Source: Deltaproteobacteria bacterium (lineage in GTDB: Bacteria; Desulfobacterota; Dissulfuribacteria; Dissulfuribacterales; Dissulfuribacteraceae). From it: DNA of 64,000 nucleotides. Of this stretch, positions 62,784 through 64,000 are shown one piece after another; position 1 is the stretch's first letter; each line of letters begins with the position of its first letter. Location: the NCBI GenBank assembly GCA_026994795.1, contig JALWQB010000020.1, positions 6,113-70,112 of the forward strand, written 5' to 3'. The position numbers were made by a program, and so were the translations under genes. The notes beneath the pieces are model-generated. The model did not search any database, was not told the origin of the DNA, and worked only from the letters and a program-made list of their open reading frames with translations.

Positions 62784-63425
62784 TTGCTCTTTACGATAGG
62801 CGTTACAGGCGGGATTGCATGTGGAAAGACCACTTTTTTAAGGCGTATTGAAAAAAGGGGATATGAATGCATTTATCTTGACGAGATAACAGGGCATATC
62901 TTGAAAAAGGGCTCTTTAGCCTATAACGCCGTTGTTTCAAGGTGGGGCGCTAAAGTTCTTAATGAGGTAGGTGAAATAGATAGACCGACTCTTAGAAATA
63001 TCGTCATTTTTGATAAAACCAAGAAAAGGGCACTTGAGGCGATTACTCATCCTTTAATCTATGAAAAGCTTGATAATTTACTAAAAGAAAGGGCGAAAAC
63101 GGGGACAAAGGACAATATAGCCTTTGTGGAAGCGCCGCTTTTATTTGAGGCAAAGTGGGAGGCCCTTTTTGACCTGATTGTATGTATTGTATCAGGGCGC
63201 AGGATACAACAGGAACGGCTCATTAAAAGGAATAAGATACCCTTGACTGTGGCGGAAAGGTGGGCGGGCTCTCAGCTTCCTAATGAGGAAAAGGCGAGGC
63301 GCTCAGATATCGTTATAGAAAATAATGGGCAATTAATGGAATTTTTAGGCAATGCCGATAATTGTTTAGACCGCATATTGACAATGACAAAAGAGACAGC
63401 AAAAGAGAGGGTAAAGCTCCATTGA
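62784..63425 (+). CDS. coaE: dephospho-CoA kinase
   Basis: IGVTGGIACGKTT P-loop with a TTG start, ~210 aa. Confidence 0.88.
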   Translation: MLFTIGVTGGIACGKTTFLRRIEKRGYECIYLDEITGHILKKGSLAYNAVVSRWGAKVLNEVGEIDRPTLRNIVIFDKTKKRALEAITHPLIYEKLDNLLKERAKTGTKDNIAFVEAPLLFEAKWEALFDLIVCIVSGRRIQQERLIKRNKIPLTVAERWAGSQLPNEEKARRSDIVIENNGQLMEFLGNADNCLDRILTMTKETAKERVKLH

Positions 63426-64000
63426 AATCCTCAGCGCCAAAGGGGATAGCCGCTTTTTTTAGTGTTTGCCTCTGTCTTTTTTCCTCTCTCTTTTTGGGGG
63501 CGTATCATTGCCTGTATGCAGCCTCTTTTACAGAGCGGTTCAGCTCTGTATCGTATAGAGACGCCTCAAACACGACGGCATACTGGGATGTTTCGAATGG
63601 GGTTTTGTCCTTACGAGAGGCATATAATCCTGTTTCATCATCTTTAGTAACCTTTTCTGCCTCAAATATAGGCTCAGACAGCAATTATACTCAGGCAGTT
63701 ACAATAGGCGATGTTGACGGCGATGGCGATCTGGATGTTGTTACCGGTCAAAATGCCACAGATTATATCTACCTGAATAGCGGCAGCGGGACATCATGGG
63801 AGAAAAGGGCTGTTGGTTCTCATTCTGGAAATACCTTTGATGTTATCCTGTATGACATGGATAGAGATGGAGACCTTGACCTTATTACAGGGCGAAGCGG
63901 GGCAAATAAGGTCTATTTGAATAATGGGAGCGGCAATTTTACCTCTTCTTATACCTTTTCAGAGGCAAATGCAACAACAAGGGCGGTTGCAGTCGCTGAC
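63422..64000 (+). CDS. secreted FG-GAP/VCBS-repeat protein (3' end beyond the window)
   Basis: My translation gives (TTG)KSSAPKGIAAFFSVCLCLFSSLFLG... (signal-like), then IGDVDGDGDLDVVTG and LYDMDRDGDLDLITG FG-GAP repeats. There is no stop before the window end, and the start codon is uncertain. Confidence 0.6.
   Translation, partial: MKSSAPKGIAAFFSVCLCLFSSLFLGAYHCLYAASFTERFSSVSYRDASNTTAYWDVSNGVLSLREAYNPVSSSLVTFSASNIGSDSNYTQAVTIGDVDGDGDLDVVTGQNATDYIYLNSGSGTSWEKRAVGSHSGNTFDVILYDMDRDGDLDLITGRSGANKVYLNNGSGNFTSSYTFSEANATTRAVAVAD

Noticed and set aside
1-64000. tRNA, rRNA, tmRNA, RNase P or SRP RNA genes
   Set aside because: I saw no T-loop GGTTCGAATCC-type sequences or other hallmark motifs on either strand. 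The absence is by eye only, so tRNAscan or Infernal should confirm it.

Overview
This window reads as chromosomal sequence from an anaerobic bacterium with several sigma-54 regulators. My impression of the gene content is Deltaproteobacteria- or Nitrospirota-like (futalosine mqnD, anaerobic cobalamin genes cbiD/cbiK behind a B12 riboswitch, Bcd-EtfAB, DUF4390-NtrY-NtrX), but this taxon guess is unverified. About 60 genes are mostly housekeeping: thiDN, tolQR/tonB-like, dnaK, the yceD-rpmF-plsX-fabH...fabG...acpP-fabF lipid cluster, rpiB-glyA-dCMP deaminase-nrdR, livHMG, valS, ribE-ribBA-ribH-nusB, priA, rluD, carD, udg and coaE. I recognised no rRNA, tRNA or CRISPR array. The interesting material is what interrupts this backbone. 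(1) A visibly AT-rich three-gene restriction-modification-like cassette sits between fabG and acpP. It has an alpha-class SPPY methyltransferase, an unassigned 332-aa protein and a beta-class DPPF methyltransferase, and it is followed by a decayed nuclease-like gene. (2) A decayed hicB/hicA module plus an acyl-CoA dehydrogenase with a bifurcating-type EtfBA sit where fabD normally is. (3) Two arrays of a 9-bp tandem repeat (constant TAGAGG plus a variable triplet) are present; one lies inside the liv operon, supplying the livM stop codon and the livG Shine-Dalgarno. (4) A dispersed intergenic repeat family (AAATCCTGCA... / ...TGCCCCCTTTTGCCGTGCAGGATTTAGG) has at least seven copies or fragments. 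(5) A good sigma-54 promoter match precedes a 1244-aa secreted Ig-like/acidic-repeat surface protein, next to a frameshifted transposase-like relic. (6) Several unusual proteins are present: a tail-anchored protein with a retroviral-type CCHC zinc knuckle, a Fur-FeoA fusion, an orphan TPR-MshEN-GspE ATPase, an orphan retropepsin-like protease, and an AT-rich two-gene cassette with an Rx4H motif. All functional calls come from my own reading of motifs. No database search was run, and the novelty claims need the checks listed.
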